Source of the DNA: Eledone cirrhosa
Taxonomy: Eukaryota
NCBI GenBank assembly: GCA_964016885.1
Contig: OZ024752.1
Coordinates: 9,548,001 to 9,612,000, forward strand
DNA: 64,000 nucleotides
Reading direction: 5' to 3'
Made by a program: the position numbers and the translations under genes. The stretch's first letter is position 1. Each line of letters opens with the position of its first letter. A model generated the notes under the pieces. That model was not told the DNA's origin. It saw only the letters and a list, made by a program, of their open reading frames with translations, and made no database searches. Shown here piece after piece: positions 40,490 to 53,714 of the stretch.

Positions 40490-40649
40490 AAAGATACAAC
40501 ATAGCTCAGTGTAACACTAGACAAAGAATAGGGTCATCTGAAATTCCTTTGATTATTGGTCTGTTTGTTCGGTGCTGATCTGGAACCAAACAATATCGGA
40601 GTTGTAAAATATATCACAGAAAACGTTCCCTTCAAATATAGATGTGTTC

Positions 40650-42252
40650 ATAAGGCCGGTAATTTGAGGGGAGAGGAAAGTCGATTAAATCGACCCAGTA
40701 CGTTACTGGTGCTTTATTTTATCGACCCCGTAAGGACGAAAGGCAAAGCTAACCTCGGTGGGATTTGAACTCAGACCGTAAAGGACCGTAACTACCAATC
40801 CACCGCCCTCACGTGATCTAATATCATAAAGTTTATTTTATTTGTCTTGACTTTCATTTAAGTTTACTAATAAAGAAATGTCGACATCGAGAGATTTAGA
40901 TGATTTCCTTCAGAACAATTAATGGTTTCTGGTTTAGGCACAAGATCAGCAATTTTTGAGGAGAGGCGTGTCGATTAAATCGACCTCAGTGCGTGACTGG
41001 TATTTTATTTTATCGACCCCGTAAGGGGGGAAGGCACAGCTAACCTCGGCGAGATTTGAACTCAGAAGGTAAAGGGCTATAAGTATATGTCGCGAAGCAG
41101 GGTGTCCGACGCTCTACCGATACTGCCAATCCAGCGCCCTTTCCTTAAGAATAATTAATGTTATGTTTTATTCCCATAAGCTAAATCTTATTAAAGCCAG
41201 CCTGGTGGAATCAATCTCATTCTAAGACACAATCATGTGAAGAATTAAAGTTAAAAATGCAAAGTAATTAAAAGCTCATTAGTTATACAGTGTTGCTGTT
41301 TCTGCTATCGGAGAATCATATCTCTTCATGGTAGACTTAAACATTGGCATATTTAAATGTTAAATGTTTTAGACATGAACCTAAACTACGAACTACAGAT
41401 CATTCACTTCTAAGCTGATGTGCTGTCAACGTAGCTGTTGTGATTCATTGCAACAGAAAAATACATCAGCAAAAGATCTTGGCAGAACTAATACTATATA
41501 ATACTAAAGTAGGTTTCGCGCCGATGAGTGTACCCTCTATATAATCTCTCAGACTGCTAGAAATAGCAGCCTAATATATCTGATATAATACAAAATTGTC
41601 TTCGAAAGAAAAAGACTGTATAATGTAGTCATAGAGAGTTGTAGATAATATTTGTTTCTATTTTTGGAACAAGGCCAGCAATTATCCCAGTGTATTACTG
41701 GTACTTTATTTCAGGGACCCCGTAAGGATGAAAGGCAAAATCTAACCTCAGCGGTATTTGAACTCAGACGTAAAGGGCCATAACGAAATGCTACAATTTA
41801 TTCAATTCTGTCAATTCGCCAGCCCTCAATATCAATAATAAAGCTTTCTGATTTAGGCACAAGGGCAACAATTTTGTAAGAGAGGAAAGTCGACCCCCAG
41901 TGCATTACTGTTACTTTATTTTATCGACTCCGTAAAGACGAAAGGCGAAGCTAACCTCGACGTAATTTGAACGTAAAAGGCCATAACTCGATGCTACAAT
42001 TTATTCAATTCTGTCAATTCGCCAGCCTCCGACATCAATAATGATATCTACTATAGACACAAGGCCAGCCACTTGGGGGGAGGGGAAAGTCGATTAAATC
42101 GACCCCAGTACATTACTAGTGCTTTATTTATCGACCCCGTAAGGATGAAAGGCAAAGCTAACCTCGGCGGGATTTGAACTCAGTACCTTAAAGGCCCTGA
42201 CTCTCTGCCGCGGAGTATGGAGTCTGACGCGCTATCGATTCTGCCAATCCAC
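40650..42252 (-). mobile_element. Cluster of five SINE family A copies (~40650, 40920, 41650, 41840, 42045), all on the minus strand
   Basis: Consensus matches. Confidence 0.88.
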
Positions 42253-43409
42253 ATCAACACTCCCAGCCCCTACCAACAACTAACTAACTTCTGATGGGGA
42301 CGATTCAAAATCCCTTAATAACTAGGTATTTGAATTACCATTATAATCTTGTGTACGTGACTGAGGAAAAATGATGAGCGGAGGTTGAATTGACTAATTT
42401 AAACTTTTTTTAAAATGTCTGGGTCAACGGACATAGTAACTATATCATTGAAGAAAATATTTTTAGTGATCACCCGAGGGAATTACAAATAAATTCATAA
42501 TTTGATTTCTTTCCTAAAAATGGCCGTTGAACAAACCAATTCAAAAAATTGTTAATTAATTGTAAATGTAACATGGTAATCAGTAAATATATTTTCCAAT
42601 AGCGTCACACCCGGAATTCTTTCTTTTATGCTTTCTTTAAACAACATATGTCCAAGTACAGTCCTTTATATTGAAACATTTTTCATGATCAACCCTGGTT
42701 TTCATAATATCAAAGCATAATCTGCTATGTTAGTTGGTAATTAAATTGTTCTATCGATAAATATAATTTTAACACCAGAAGTCCAATAGTGATTTTATGT
42801 TCGTTTCACACCAATTAGTTTCTGAAGCTTGAGTCAAAGGCCACAACAATTAGTTTGAATTACATTGGAACTCAGCGTTCTAAATTACTTCATACTATCA
42901 ATGATTACAGAAAGCGAAACTGATTGGTCAATAAATTATGGAAGATGTCGGACATTAATCAGTTCTCTTGCAAATGAAGTAGTTTTAATGACAATCATTA
43001 TCTCACATATGTGTACAAATTCACTTGGATGTGTAAGGTCCTATGAAAAGGTATTCACACACATACACACCTTCACAAATGCACAAATACACAATATATA
43101 TAAATATATATTATACATACATACACATATGTATATACATGTATATATATAGAGATATACACAAACACATATATATATATACATACACACACACATATAT
43201 TATACATACATACACATATATATATATATATATACATGTATACATATAGAGATATACACAAACACATATATATATATATACACACATACATACATACATA
43301 CATATAAATATATAGATATACATGCATACATATACTTATACACATACATATATACACATATATATATATATATATATAGAGAGAGATATAGATACACACA
43401 CACACACAC

Positions 43410-43441
<32 letters not shown>

Positions 43442-44441
43442 ATACATGCATATGAGCGTAAATGTTCTTGCTCGAGTGAATTAAACGACTGAGATTATGT
43501 ACAGAAAGGTAGGTCTAATTAGGATTGTCTGAAGATATAAATGTAACATACAGTTGCATACAAGTGTAGGATCCACGTAAACTATTCCAAGTATATACAT
43601 AGTAACAGTAAACTATTTCCAATTGCTGAAAAGTCGAGACTCGTTAGATCAGACGAATTAAAACTCGTGTAGTTTGATGCGTGAATGCTTGAAAATATAA
43701 GATAGGGCTTTAAATATGGATAAGCTGTTGCAAGGAACTAAACAACATTTTAACATCTAGTCGTAAAACATGATACATGATAACAATCCAAGTAGAATGA
43801 CTATTGATTGGGCAACGAATGTATGATACGTCAATGGAAGAACTCATTAATGGTCTAACTATTCTAAATTATGACCGGAATTTTCCTAGATTGCATGAAA
43901 AGAGTATAATTTCCAATACTTACCCTGTTTTAAATTGCCTCGTTTTAACAACTACTATCATCATTATTATCATTATTATCATTATTATCATACCGCTACC
44001 ACCAACACCATCGTCATTATCATTATCGGACCACTCCCAGTATCATGATACCACTACCACCACCACTACCAACACCAGTACCACCTATACGACACCCTTC
44101 TCCTCTTCCTATGTAACCACCAGGTCCACCAACACCACCAATACGCCATTTTCCTCCACCACCACCACCACCAGCATCACCAGTTTCATGCACGCACCAC
44201 TACCACATCATCACTACCATCACTACCACATCCTCCTCCACCACCGCAACCTCCACCACCTCTCCTCCTCCACAACCATCTCCTCCACCACCACAACCAC
44301 CACCACAACGACAACAACAACGACAACCGTACAGCTATCGTTGAAACCAGCACTATCTAGATGTATTAGCTCTTGTCAAATAAGTTACTAACAACATTGC
44401 AGAAATCAACTTCTCTGTCACCAGCCTGAAATCATCAGCAT

Positions 44442-45499
44442 TAACAGTACCAGTACTGTTATAAACACTGTAGCTGTCTACCACTAACAGTACTGTTATA
44501 AACACTGTAGCTGTCTACCACTAACAGTACTGTTATAAACACTGTAGCTGTCTACCACTAACAGTACTGTTATAAACACTGTAGCTGTCTACCACTAACA
44601 GTACTGTTATAAACACTGCAGCTGTCTACCACTAACACTACTGTTATAAACACTGTAGCTGTCCACCACTAACAGTACTGTTATAAACACCGTAGCTGTC
44701 TACCACTAACAGTACTGTTATAACACTGTAGCTGTCTACCACTAACAGTACTGTTATAACACTGTAGCTGTCTACCACTAACAGTACTGTTATAAACACT
44801 GTAGCTGTCTACCACTAACAGTACTGTTATAAACACTGTAGCTGTCTACCACTAACAGTACTGTTATAACACTGTAGCTGTCTACCACTAACACTACTGT
44901 TATAAACACTGTAGCTGTCTACCACTAACAGTACTGTTATAAACACTGTAGCTGTCTACCACTAACAGTACTGTTATAAACACTGTAGCTGTCTACCACT
45001 AACAGTACTGTTATAACACTGTAGCTGTCTACCACTAACAGTACTGTTATAAACACTGTAGCTGTCTACCACTAACAGTACTGTTATAACACTGTAGCTG
45101 TCTACCACTAACAGTACTGTTATAAACACTGTAGCTGTCTACCACTAACAGTACTGTTATAAACACTGTAGCTGTCTACCACTAACAGTACTGTTATAAA
45201 CACTGTAGCTGTCTACCACTAACAGTACTGTTATAAACACTGTAGCTGTCTACCACTAACAGTACTGTTATAAACACTGTAGCTGTCTACCACTAACAGT
45301 ACTGTTATAAACACTGTAGCTGTCTACCACTAACAGTACTGTTATAAACACTGTAGCTGTCTACCACTAACAGTACTGTTATAAACACTGTAGCTGTTTA
45401 CCACTAACAGTACTGTTATAAACACTGTAGCTGTCTACCACTAACAGTACTGTTATAAACACTGTAGCTGTCCACCACTAACACTACTGTTATGAACAC
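44442..45499. repeat. 37-bp minisatellite, about 28 copies
   Basis: Unit aacagtactgttataaacactgtagctgtctaccact; some units are 36 bp. Confidence 0.97.
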
Positions 45500-45502
45500 C
45501 GT

Positions 45503-45810
45503 TGCGTGGTTTTATGGTTAGGGTATTGGGCTCACAATCGTAAATTTGTGGGTTAGATTCCCGGCGGAGCGTTGTGTCCTTGAGCAAGACACTTTATTTC
45601 ACGTTGCCCCAATCCGCTCAGCTGGCAAAAATAAGTTGTATTTGTAATTCGAGGGGCCAGCCCTGTCACGTTCTGAATCACCCTGAGAACTACGCTAAGG
45701 GCACGCGTGTCTGTGGAATGCTCAGCCACTTGCACGTTAATTTTGCGAGCAGGCTGTTCCGTTCATCGAATCAACTGAAACACTCATCGTCGTAACCGAC
45801 GGAGTGCCAG
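45503..45810 (+). mobile_element. tRNA-derived CORE-type SINE
   Basis: tRNA-like head (gtgg..tatggttag...gggttagattccc) followed by tgtgtccttgagcaagacactttatttcacgttgc. Relatives at 46704-46818, 47305-47520, 50920-51417. Confidence 0.8.
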
Positions 45811-45924
45811 TCAGTCAACTGCTCAGCACTAAAAATACCAGTATTGTCATGAACACTGAAGCTGCCCACGCATCCATTTTTTTAATTTCATCTATAACTG
45901 TCAACTTTACCATTACCACTAGTA

Positions 45925-46500
45925 TGTTTTACAATGTCGCTGCGGATCCACCATGAACTCTTTCGGCCTCCACCCACTTTCCTGTCGCTACAGTGCCGGC
46001 CACCTTCCACGCCATGCTGCCCTCAACGAGGTCATAAAGCATGGCTTGGGCGCTGCGGGCTTCCCCTCCCAGCTCGAGCCAATGGGGCTGGACCGAGGCG
46101 ACGGCAAAAGACCAGATGGCATGACCATCTTCCCATTCCGCGGTGGCAAAACCCTCGTCTGGGATGCTACTTGCACCGACACTTTCTGCAGCCGCAACCT
46201 GGTGCACTCTGCCACTAACCCAGGTTCTGCTGCACGTCGGGCTGAGTAGGCCAAGCTCCTCAAATACCCGTCGCTCTCCGACAGGTTTGCGGTTGTACCC
46301 CTGGAAGTGGAGACTTCTGGTGTCCTCGGCCCCAGGGCTACCTCCCTACTCACTACCATAGGCGCTGAGCAGGCCGGCCGCAGGTGTGAACCCCGCGAGT
46401 TGGAGTGGCTTTTCCAGCGCGTCTCCCTTGCCGTCCTCCGTGGGAACGCCTTCTCCATCCTGTCCGCCGGGGCTGTGAGGGGGCCCCCCATCGCGAAACA
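45925..46500 (+). mobile_element. CRE-clade-like non-LTR element 3' fragment (restriction-like endonuclease)
   Basis: HPLSC...RHAALNEVI...LEP.GL.RGDGKRPDGMT.FPF.GGK.LVWDATCTDT...AARRAE*AK..KY...VETSGVLGP.A...FQRVSLAVLRGNA. Confidence 0.85.
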
Positions 46501-47166
46501 TTTCATATTTAGGTATCCAGATTAATGGTTTTTATATACACACCACTTGTAGAAGCATCAATCTTGGAATCAAACGATGTTAACATAATTACGCTACCGA
46601 TGTCAAGCCATTCAATCCATAAATATTACAGTAAACATCTCCACCTCATCACTGTCAGCAGCACTACTAGCAGCACAGACAATATTTAGGTTTTATTTAT
46701 AAAAGGCGTGTGGCTGAGTGATTAGAGAATTGAATTCGCAATCGTGAGGTTGTGAGTTCGATTCCTGGACCAGGCGATGCGTTATGTCCTTGAGCAAGAC
46801 ACTTTATTTCACGTTGCTTCTTATACCTGGAGTTGTGACCGATAGATAGTATTAGCAGTTGGAAAGACAAACGGAAACATTGTTTCCTCGGTCCGATTTG
46901 ACGAAAGTCGATCGTTCCTCTTATAAAACCGATAAAGTGCTCGCCCTTCTGTATATTCCTTCACGATATGTCATTTTGAGAGAATATCTACGTGTTCGCG
47001 TGACTTCTAGAAGTAGCCACAACATCTCAAAACCACAAAATAATGTTGTAAAGAGAAACATATTTGATAATGTAAGCTGTAGTACTCTATTCTTGAATAT
47101 AAGAGCCTGCTATTGCTTGAATGTGGAGGTGCATGGCCGTGTGGTAGGGGGTGGGACTTATGATTG

Positions 47167-48080
47167 TAATTGTTTCTACTTTTGGCACAGGGCCAGCAAT
47201 TACTCCAGTATATTACTGGTACTTTATTTTATCGATCCCATAAGGATGAAAGGCAAAGCATGGCGTCCGGCGCTTTATCGATACTGCCAATCTACCGCCC
47301 TTACGATCGTAATGTCGTGGGTTTGATACCAGGACTGGGTTGCGTGTGTGTTTTTGAGCAAAAACACTTCAATTCAAGTTGCTCCAGTATACTAAGGGTT
47401 TAAACCTGCGATGGACTGGCGTCCTTTCCAGGAGTAGTATTGTACTCTCAGTCACTTCACGCCACGGAGACCTGGATAAGCACCAGCCTGATGAACCCCC
47501 GAGCTCGAGGAAGACTTTAGACATTGCTTGAATACCTGTTATATTATTAGGTCAGAATTGGTAGAGGGTCGGACGCCATGCTTTCTAGCATAGTTACGTC
47601 CCTTTACGGTTTGAGTTCAAATCCCGTCGAGGTTAACTTTGCCTTTCATCCATTACGGGGTCGATAAAATAAAGTACCAGTAATGTACTGGGTAATTGCT
47701 GGCCTTGTGCCAAAAGTAGAAACAATTATTAGGTCACACTTGACTAAGTGCTAAACAACAACACTCGTAAACAAAAGTAGCACTCCACATTTTCTCTGGA
47801 GCGATATATAATTGTAGCTCTTTTATTGTGGTCCCATCTTTTTATCGTGGTTCGCATAACACTTGTGTTTCCGGACCACGGGTAGAGAACACTTGCTGCA
47901 CCATAAGTGATTTATCGAAGGCAGCGAATAGGTAGAGCTGATAGAACGTCGAATAGAACACTTTGCAGTATTCGTTACAGCTCTCTGCTTTCTGAGTTCA
48001 AATCCCACCGAGGTCAACTTTGCCATTCATTCATTTAAGATCAATAACAAAAGGTATCAGTCTAGTATTAGGGTCGATTC
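47167..48080. mobile_element. SINE cluster: family A at 47167-47300 (-), 47553-47727 (+, TSD attattaggtca), 47910-48080 (+); CORE-type at 47305-47520 (+)
   Basis: Consensus matches. Confidence 0.8.
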
Positions 48081-48299
48081 TTCTATTATGTCTATCTAAC
48101 ATCTTTTCACCTGTCCCTCAGCAGGGACAGGTCCATACATATATGCAAGTGATTTACCAACAGACCGTCGATCGCATTTCTCCGGGGAAACTTCTTGTCT
48201 ATTCTGTTCGCCGGGGTCACGATGCGGCCAGCGCTTGAGCCCCCATTTGCTTATAATAACAATAAGAGAGAGAGAGAGAAAGAGAGAGAGAGAGGGAGA

Positions 48300-48333
<34 letters not shown>

Positions 48334-50094
48334 AACGGAAGCAGTAAGAGAGAGAGAGAGAGAGAGAGAGAAACGGAAGCAGTGAGTGAGAGAGAGAAAC
48401 GGAAGCAGTGAGTGAAAGAGAGAGAACATCAATACTTATTTACTTATATATTTATTTGTATTTGAAGAGAATATTGTCAGTTGCTATAAACTATTATTTT
48501 CTGTTCTGAGTATACTGCATCTTTTTATAAATTTGTTTCCTCAGCGCTTCGTAAATTCGAAAATATGAACTTCACACGATATTTTGTTTACATTTTCAAA
48601 AGCTGTTTGTTGATTCATCTCCTTAATTTAGACGGTAGCATGTTGCCTCAGATCCCTTACCTCTTTACTTATTCATTCATTTGTTAACTTAATATATATT
48701 TTGTAAAAAGTCCTTACAGCTGTGTATTAAAGCAGACTATCTTAAATTTGATTAAGGAACATGAACAGTTTTATATCATTCTTTCCAAGCGAAAGTCCGG
48801 AGTGGAATGCGATCCTACAAAATTCACAGAGGTTGTCTTATTTAGAACTAAAGTAAAGTCATTTAGAGAATACATTACTCGCACTAAACTCCGTATGCTC
48901 ATTTTGTTACACAGTAAACACACTATAAGCCAACATGACTACATTCAGATACAAAATCAATCTGTCTGTTTGCATGGCAAGCGTCTGCAATATCAGACTC
49001 CTGGGTTGTGAAGGTTTAACTTTGATTAGTTGAAAACACTGCCATTTCAAATGTTTCTTTTGAAGTCAAACAATAACTCCTTTGGCAATCATATAAACAT
49101 GAAAGCTTTGGAAACTTAGTTAACGTCTAGAAGATTTGTTGATCAGTCGCAGTAGATGATTTAAAAATAATGAAATTATTTGCCAGATGCGAATATTTAT
49201 TTGATGTTAATCTATTATTTTATAATTGTTTTGATTCTTCTCTACTGTCAGCAATAATAATTATTCTAGGTTGAACAGCATGGGATCTCTGCTACTTAGA
49301 TTTGTTTACGAAACATTCATGGTAAATCATTTTGTATCTGTTGTACTTCTATTGAAAATGAACGTCATAGAACGAAAATTACGATCTTTAGATAAACATT
49401 AACATCAGATAATATATACAGCTCTCATAGATGAGGTATACAATTCTGAAAGGCAAAGGCAACGTTTTCAAATCGACAACTTAAAGTACGAGTAATTTGC
49501 TCTATTGTTCAATTTCTCGGAGATTATCATTTTAAAAAATACAACATATACATCATCGCAATTTGCAAAGTGTTCCACCAAAATGATATTTCCCTTCTGC
49601 GTTATCCATTATATATATATATATATTTTTATATATATATATATAAATATCTAAAACCGTTAAGGAGAACATTATTGAGTCATTGAAAGAAAATTTACCC
49701 ACTTGGAGAAAACAAATCACATATCTGAATTCTAGATACTAATTAGCGGTTAAAAAAATTCTTTAATATTGTGGAAATCGTACTACGTTAAGTACCCCGA
49801 ACTAAATGAGAGGGATTTGGAATTTAGAGTAATTATCAACTCCTTATTTTAAGTAGTTAAGCTGAAAGATCGAGTAAACACCGATTAAGTGAGCCTGAAT
49901 GACAGACAAAGAAAATACCGAGATGTCAAAATGAAACGATCTCACCGTTTCAGATATTTATCATTAAGAGGCTCGAAAAAGGAATAATCTGGTGATTTGA
50001 TAAACAACAAAAATAATACCTAAAAAAAACAATTGACACAATGTTTACAACACGATTTGTGAAAGAAGAAGATAGCGCTGAATAATTAATAGAT

Positions 50095-50470
50095 TCTTCC
50101 AGACGGTGTGATCATCTTCCCGTTCCGCAGTGGCAAACCCCTTGTCTGGGTTGTCACTTGCAGCGACACTTTCTCCAGCCGCAACCTGGTGCAGTCTGCG
50201 ACTAACCCATGTTCTGCTGTACGACGGGCTGAGTAGGCCAAACTCTCCAAGTACCAGTCGCTCTCCGACAGGTTTGTGGTCGTGCCCTTGGCAGTAGAGA
50301 CTTCTGGTGTCCTTGGCTCTAGGGCTACCTCCCTACTTACCACGATAGGCACTGAGCTGGCTAACCGCAGGTGTGAGCCTCGTGAGATGGAATGGCTCTT
50401 CCAGTGCATCTTCCTTACCACCCTCCCGGGAAACACCTCCATTCTGTCTGCCGGGGATGTGGGGCGGCCA
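50095..50470 (+). mobile_element. Second CRE-clade-like endonuclease fragment
   Basis: Colinear and diverged relative to 46110-46490. Confidence 0.85.
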
Positions 50471-50919
50471 TCCCGTGGGACCCCATTTGCTCACTATACA
50501 CAGAGATGGGGAGGGCGAGAAAGATGGAGGTGATGACAGTGGGAGTTCGGCTCTTCTGTGTTCGGACACATTGCACCTGCCAAGAGTGTATTTTCATATT
50601 ATTAACTGGATTCCATTATTAACTGGATTCCATTTAATGAACATAATGCAGTAATTCGACACTATTGAAATAAATGAAATAAGCTTTCCATTAATCCTTT
50701 GTGCATATTTAGTTTGGTTGCTTCTTATTATATGAATAGTTGGCATGTTTGTCGTATTACTCAAATCAACACTGATTAAGAAGACATGTTTGTAAAGATG
50801 TTTCACCCATGCTCACTTATACCTTTTCAGAAAGTGTTCAGAGTAAATTATCCAATCTCATTTTTATAAAATGGTATGTGAGTAGGATTTGGCTGCTGTT
50901 TTAAACATGTGGAGTGGAG

Positions 50920-51417
50920 AGGAGAGGCCTAGTGGTAAGCGTGTTGGACTTACGATCATAATGTCGTGGGTTCGATTACTGGGCTTGGTTGTGAGTTGTA
51001 TTCTTGAGCAAAACACTTCATTGCACGTTGCTCCAGTATACTCAACTGAAAATGAATACCAGCAATAGTTTGGGGTTTAACCCTGTGATGGAATGGCGTC
51101 CTGTCCAGGGAGGAGTTTTGTTCTCTCAGTTGCTTCACGCCAGGAAACCAAGCCAGGGGAAGGAGTCTTGTACTCTCAGTTGCTTCAAGTCAGGAAACCA
51201 AACCAGGGGAAGGAGTCTTGTACTCTCAGTTGCTTCAAGCCAGGAAACCAAGCCAGGAAACCAAGCCAGGGGAAAGAGTCTTGTACTCTAAGTTGCTTCA
51301 CGCCAGGAAACCAAACCAGGGGAAGGAGTCTTGTACTCTCAGTTGCTTCAAGCCAGGAAACCAAGCCAGGAAACCAAGCCAGAGGAAAGAGTCTTGTACT
51401 CTCAGTTGCTTCACGCC
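50920..51417 (+). mobile_element. CORE-type SINE with tandemly amplified 3' segment
   Basis: Head and core at 50920-51110, then about 5 repeats of ggagtcttgtactctcagttgcttca(c/a)gccaggaaaccaa(g/a)ccagggga. Confidence 0.8.
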
Positions 51418-51982
51418 ACCTTCTGGCTTAAGACAGACTTTAGACTTAGACGAGTGACAATGTAGCTGCGCCTTTATTATATTGCTGTTTCTTAAGTGTT
51501 GATTAACTACGACTGGAACCCACTGACTGCCATTTTGTGAATCGTGATATTTCTCAGAATACATAACCCAAAGTAAACTTTCTAATTGGTCGCTCCACCT
51601 GCTAAACATTTAAACCAAATATCTTGCAAATTACATCCTAACGTCTTGAAAAAAAAAATCACGTTGGATAATTTGGTAGTGGTCTACTTTTCCTGGGTTA
51701 AATGGAAGTTGGTTCTGACTGGTGTAACTTTCATCATTGTAACATTGTAGAAACAACTGTTACTGAGCTTTGATCTGCTCAGTCAAGACTGACCTCAAAC
51801 TACTCAGTAATAACTATATATAGCTGTCTCCTATTAAGTATATTTGAATACGTTGTAGCAAACGTCTTTCTTCACTATTTCCATCTCCATTATATATTAG
51901 CCCGTACTTGAGAAGCGAACTCCTTAACCTCACATCCATATCTACACACACACATTATATATATGTATTTATATATATATAT

Positions 51983-52498
51983 ATTAGAATTGGTGCTCTG
52001 AAATAGCGATATATATATGAATGTATATATAGTGTAATTTGCAATACACTGTATGCTTAATTAAAAGCATTTTGAAGACCGTACGCTATTATTTTAAAGT
52101 AGCGACTATGTCACTTACTTCAATTTTCACGGTTTTCAAAATGCTTTTAATTAAGCATACAGTGCATTACAAAATATACTATATATACATTCATATATAT
52201 ATATATCGCTATTTCAGAGCACCAATTCTAATTTTCAATTTTTGCTGGACCGGCAACCGCTCTGTATAATCAGTTCCTGATTATTACTGGAATTCTATAA
52301 GAATCCAACATTCATAATTTTCAGCAAACAGTAGGAATAGTGAGCTTTGATAAGTACCAACAAGTACGAAACAGAGCTCTGTCAGTTTATTTCCCCTGTT
52401 TGCTGACAATTGAAGTAAGTGACACTGTTGCAACTTTAAAACAATAGCGTAAGGTCTTCAAAATGCTTTTAATTAAGCATACAGTGAATTGCAATATA

Positions 52499-52503
<5 letters not shown>
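51983..52503 (+). mobile_element. ORF-less mini-PLE/retrozyme-like element: 322-bp terminally redundant unit plus inverted junction copy, in (TA)n
   Basis: 52131-52181 is repeated at 52453-52503. 51983-52125 is the reverse complement of the unit end joined to the unit start. Internal hammerhead at 52342-52388. Confidence 0.8.
52342..52388 (+). ncRNA. Type I hammerhead ribozyme with U3-A8 core variant
   Basis: gagct-TTGATAA-GTAC caacaa GTAC-GAAA-CAGAGCTCTG-TC-agttt. Stem I extends to cagcaaacag/ctgtttgctg; GUC triplet. Confidence 0.8.
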
Positions 52504-52566
<63 letters not shown>

Positions 52567-52779
52567 TTCCGTCATTAATCTGACATAAGTCTGATGAGCT
52601 TTTGATTCCAGAGTCGGGCCCAATCGATAGAGATCGAACTGATCAATTGCATGTTGTCAGTAGACTACCTTACATTAAGTGAAATTCTTTTCTGTTATTG
52701 ATGGAATAACATTCACCATATATGTATGTATGATTATATTGTATTTATCTCTCTCTATCATATATATAATCTCTCTCTC

Positions 52780-52836
<57 letters not shown>

Positions 52837-52925
52837 CGAAGGAAGTGTGGTAAGATACCAGTTGGACCATAACGTACCAGAGTACTCAATATATATATAT
52901 ATATATCTGCATATATATATATATC

Positions 52926-53050
<125 letters not shown>

Positions 53051-53059
53051 GCATATATA

Positions 53060-53106
<47 letters not shown>

Positions 53107-53393
53107 GCATATATATATATATATATATCTGCATGCATATATATATATATATATATATATATCATAAATCATGTCCTTAGAATTATTAGATAAAACATAT
53201 ACCATTTCTTCTCGCAATTAGCATAATTATCCATATAAAAAACCAATTAAACCAGGCTATAAGAATAAAGGCTCCTATGAAGAAATATTTAATAAATAAC
53301 CGAAAGCTGCCGGTGACCCCAATAGAGTATTTACCCCACATTTCAACACCATGTAGAAACGGACTAAATAAACCGTCAACAATACACAATTAG

Positions 53394-53460
<67 letters not shown>

Positions 53461-53714
53461 GGGGGGGGGGTGTGTGGTGTGTGTGTGTGTGTGTGTGGTG
53501 TGTGTGTGTGTGTGTGTTTATAAATGAATCTATGTATACTTGTATTTATGCAAGCATATATGCCTGTATATTTACATGCGTGTATGTATGTGTGAATGTG
53601 TGCATGTCTGAATGTCTGAATGTGTGAATGTGTGCACGTATGTGTGCACGTATGTGTGCATGTGTGCACGTATGTGTGCATGTGTTCTGGTTTTAATATT
53701 TTATACTTTCTTAT

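Noticed and set aside
43804-44391. 195-aa Thr/His-rich ORF
   Set aside because: Low-complexity (ACC/ATC)n; no recognisable domain.
44442-45499. CRISPR-like 37-bp palindromic repeat
   Set aside because: Units are head-to-tail with no unique spacers, there are no cas genes, and the context is eukaryotic.
52575-52670. CTGATGAG hammerhead candidate
   Set aside because: Second box reads GAAC and stem II/III pairing is unconvincing; counted only as degenerate.
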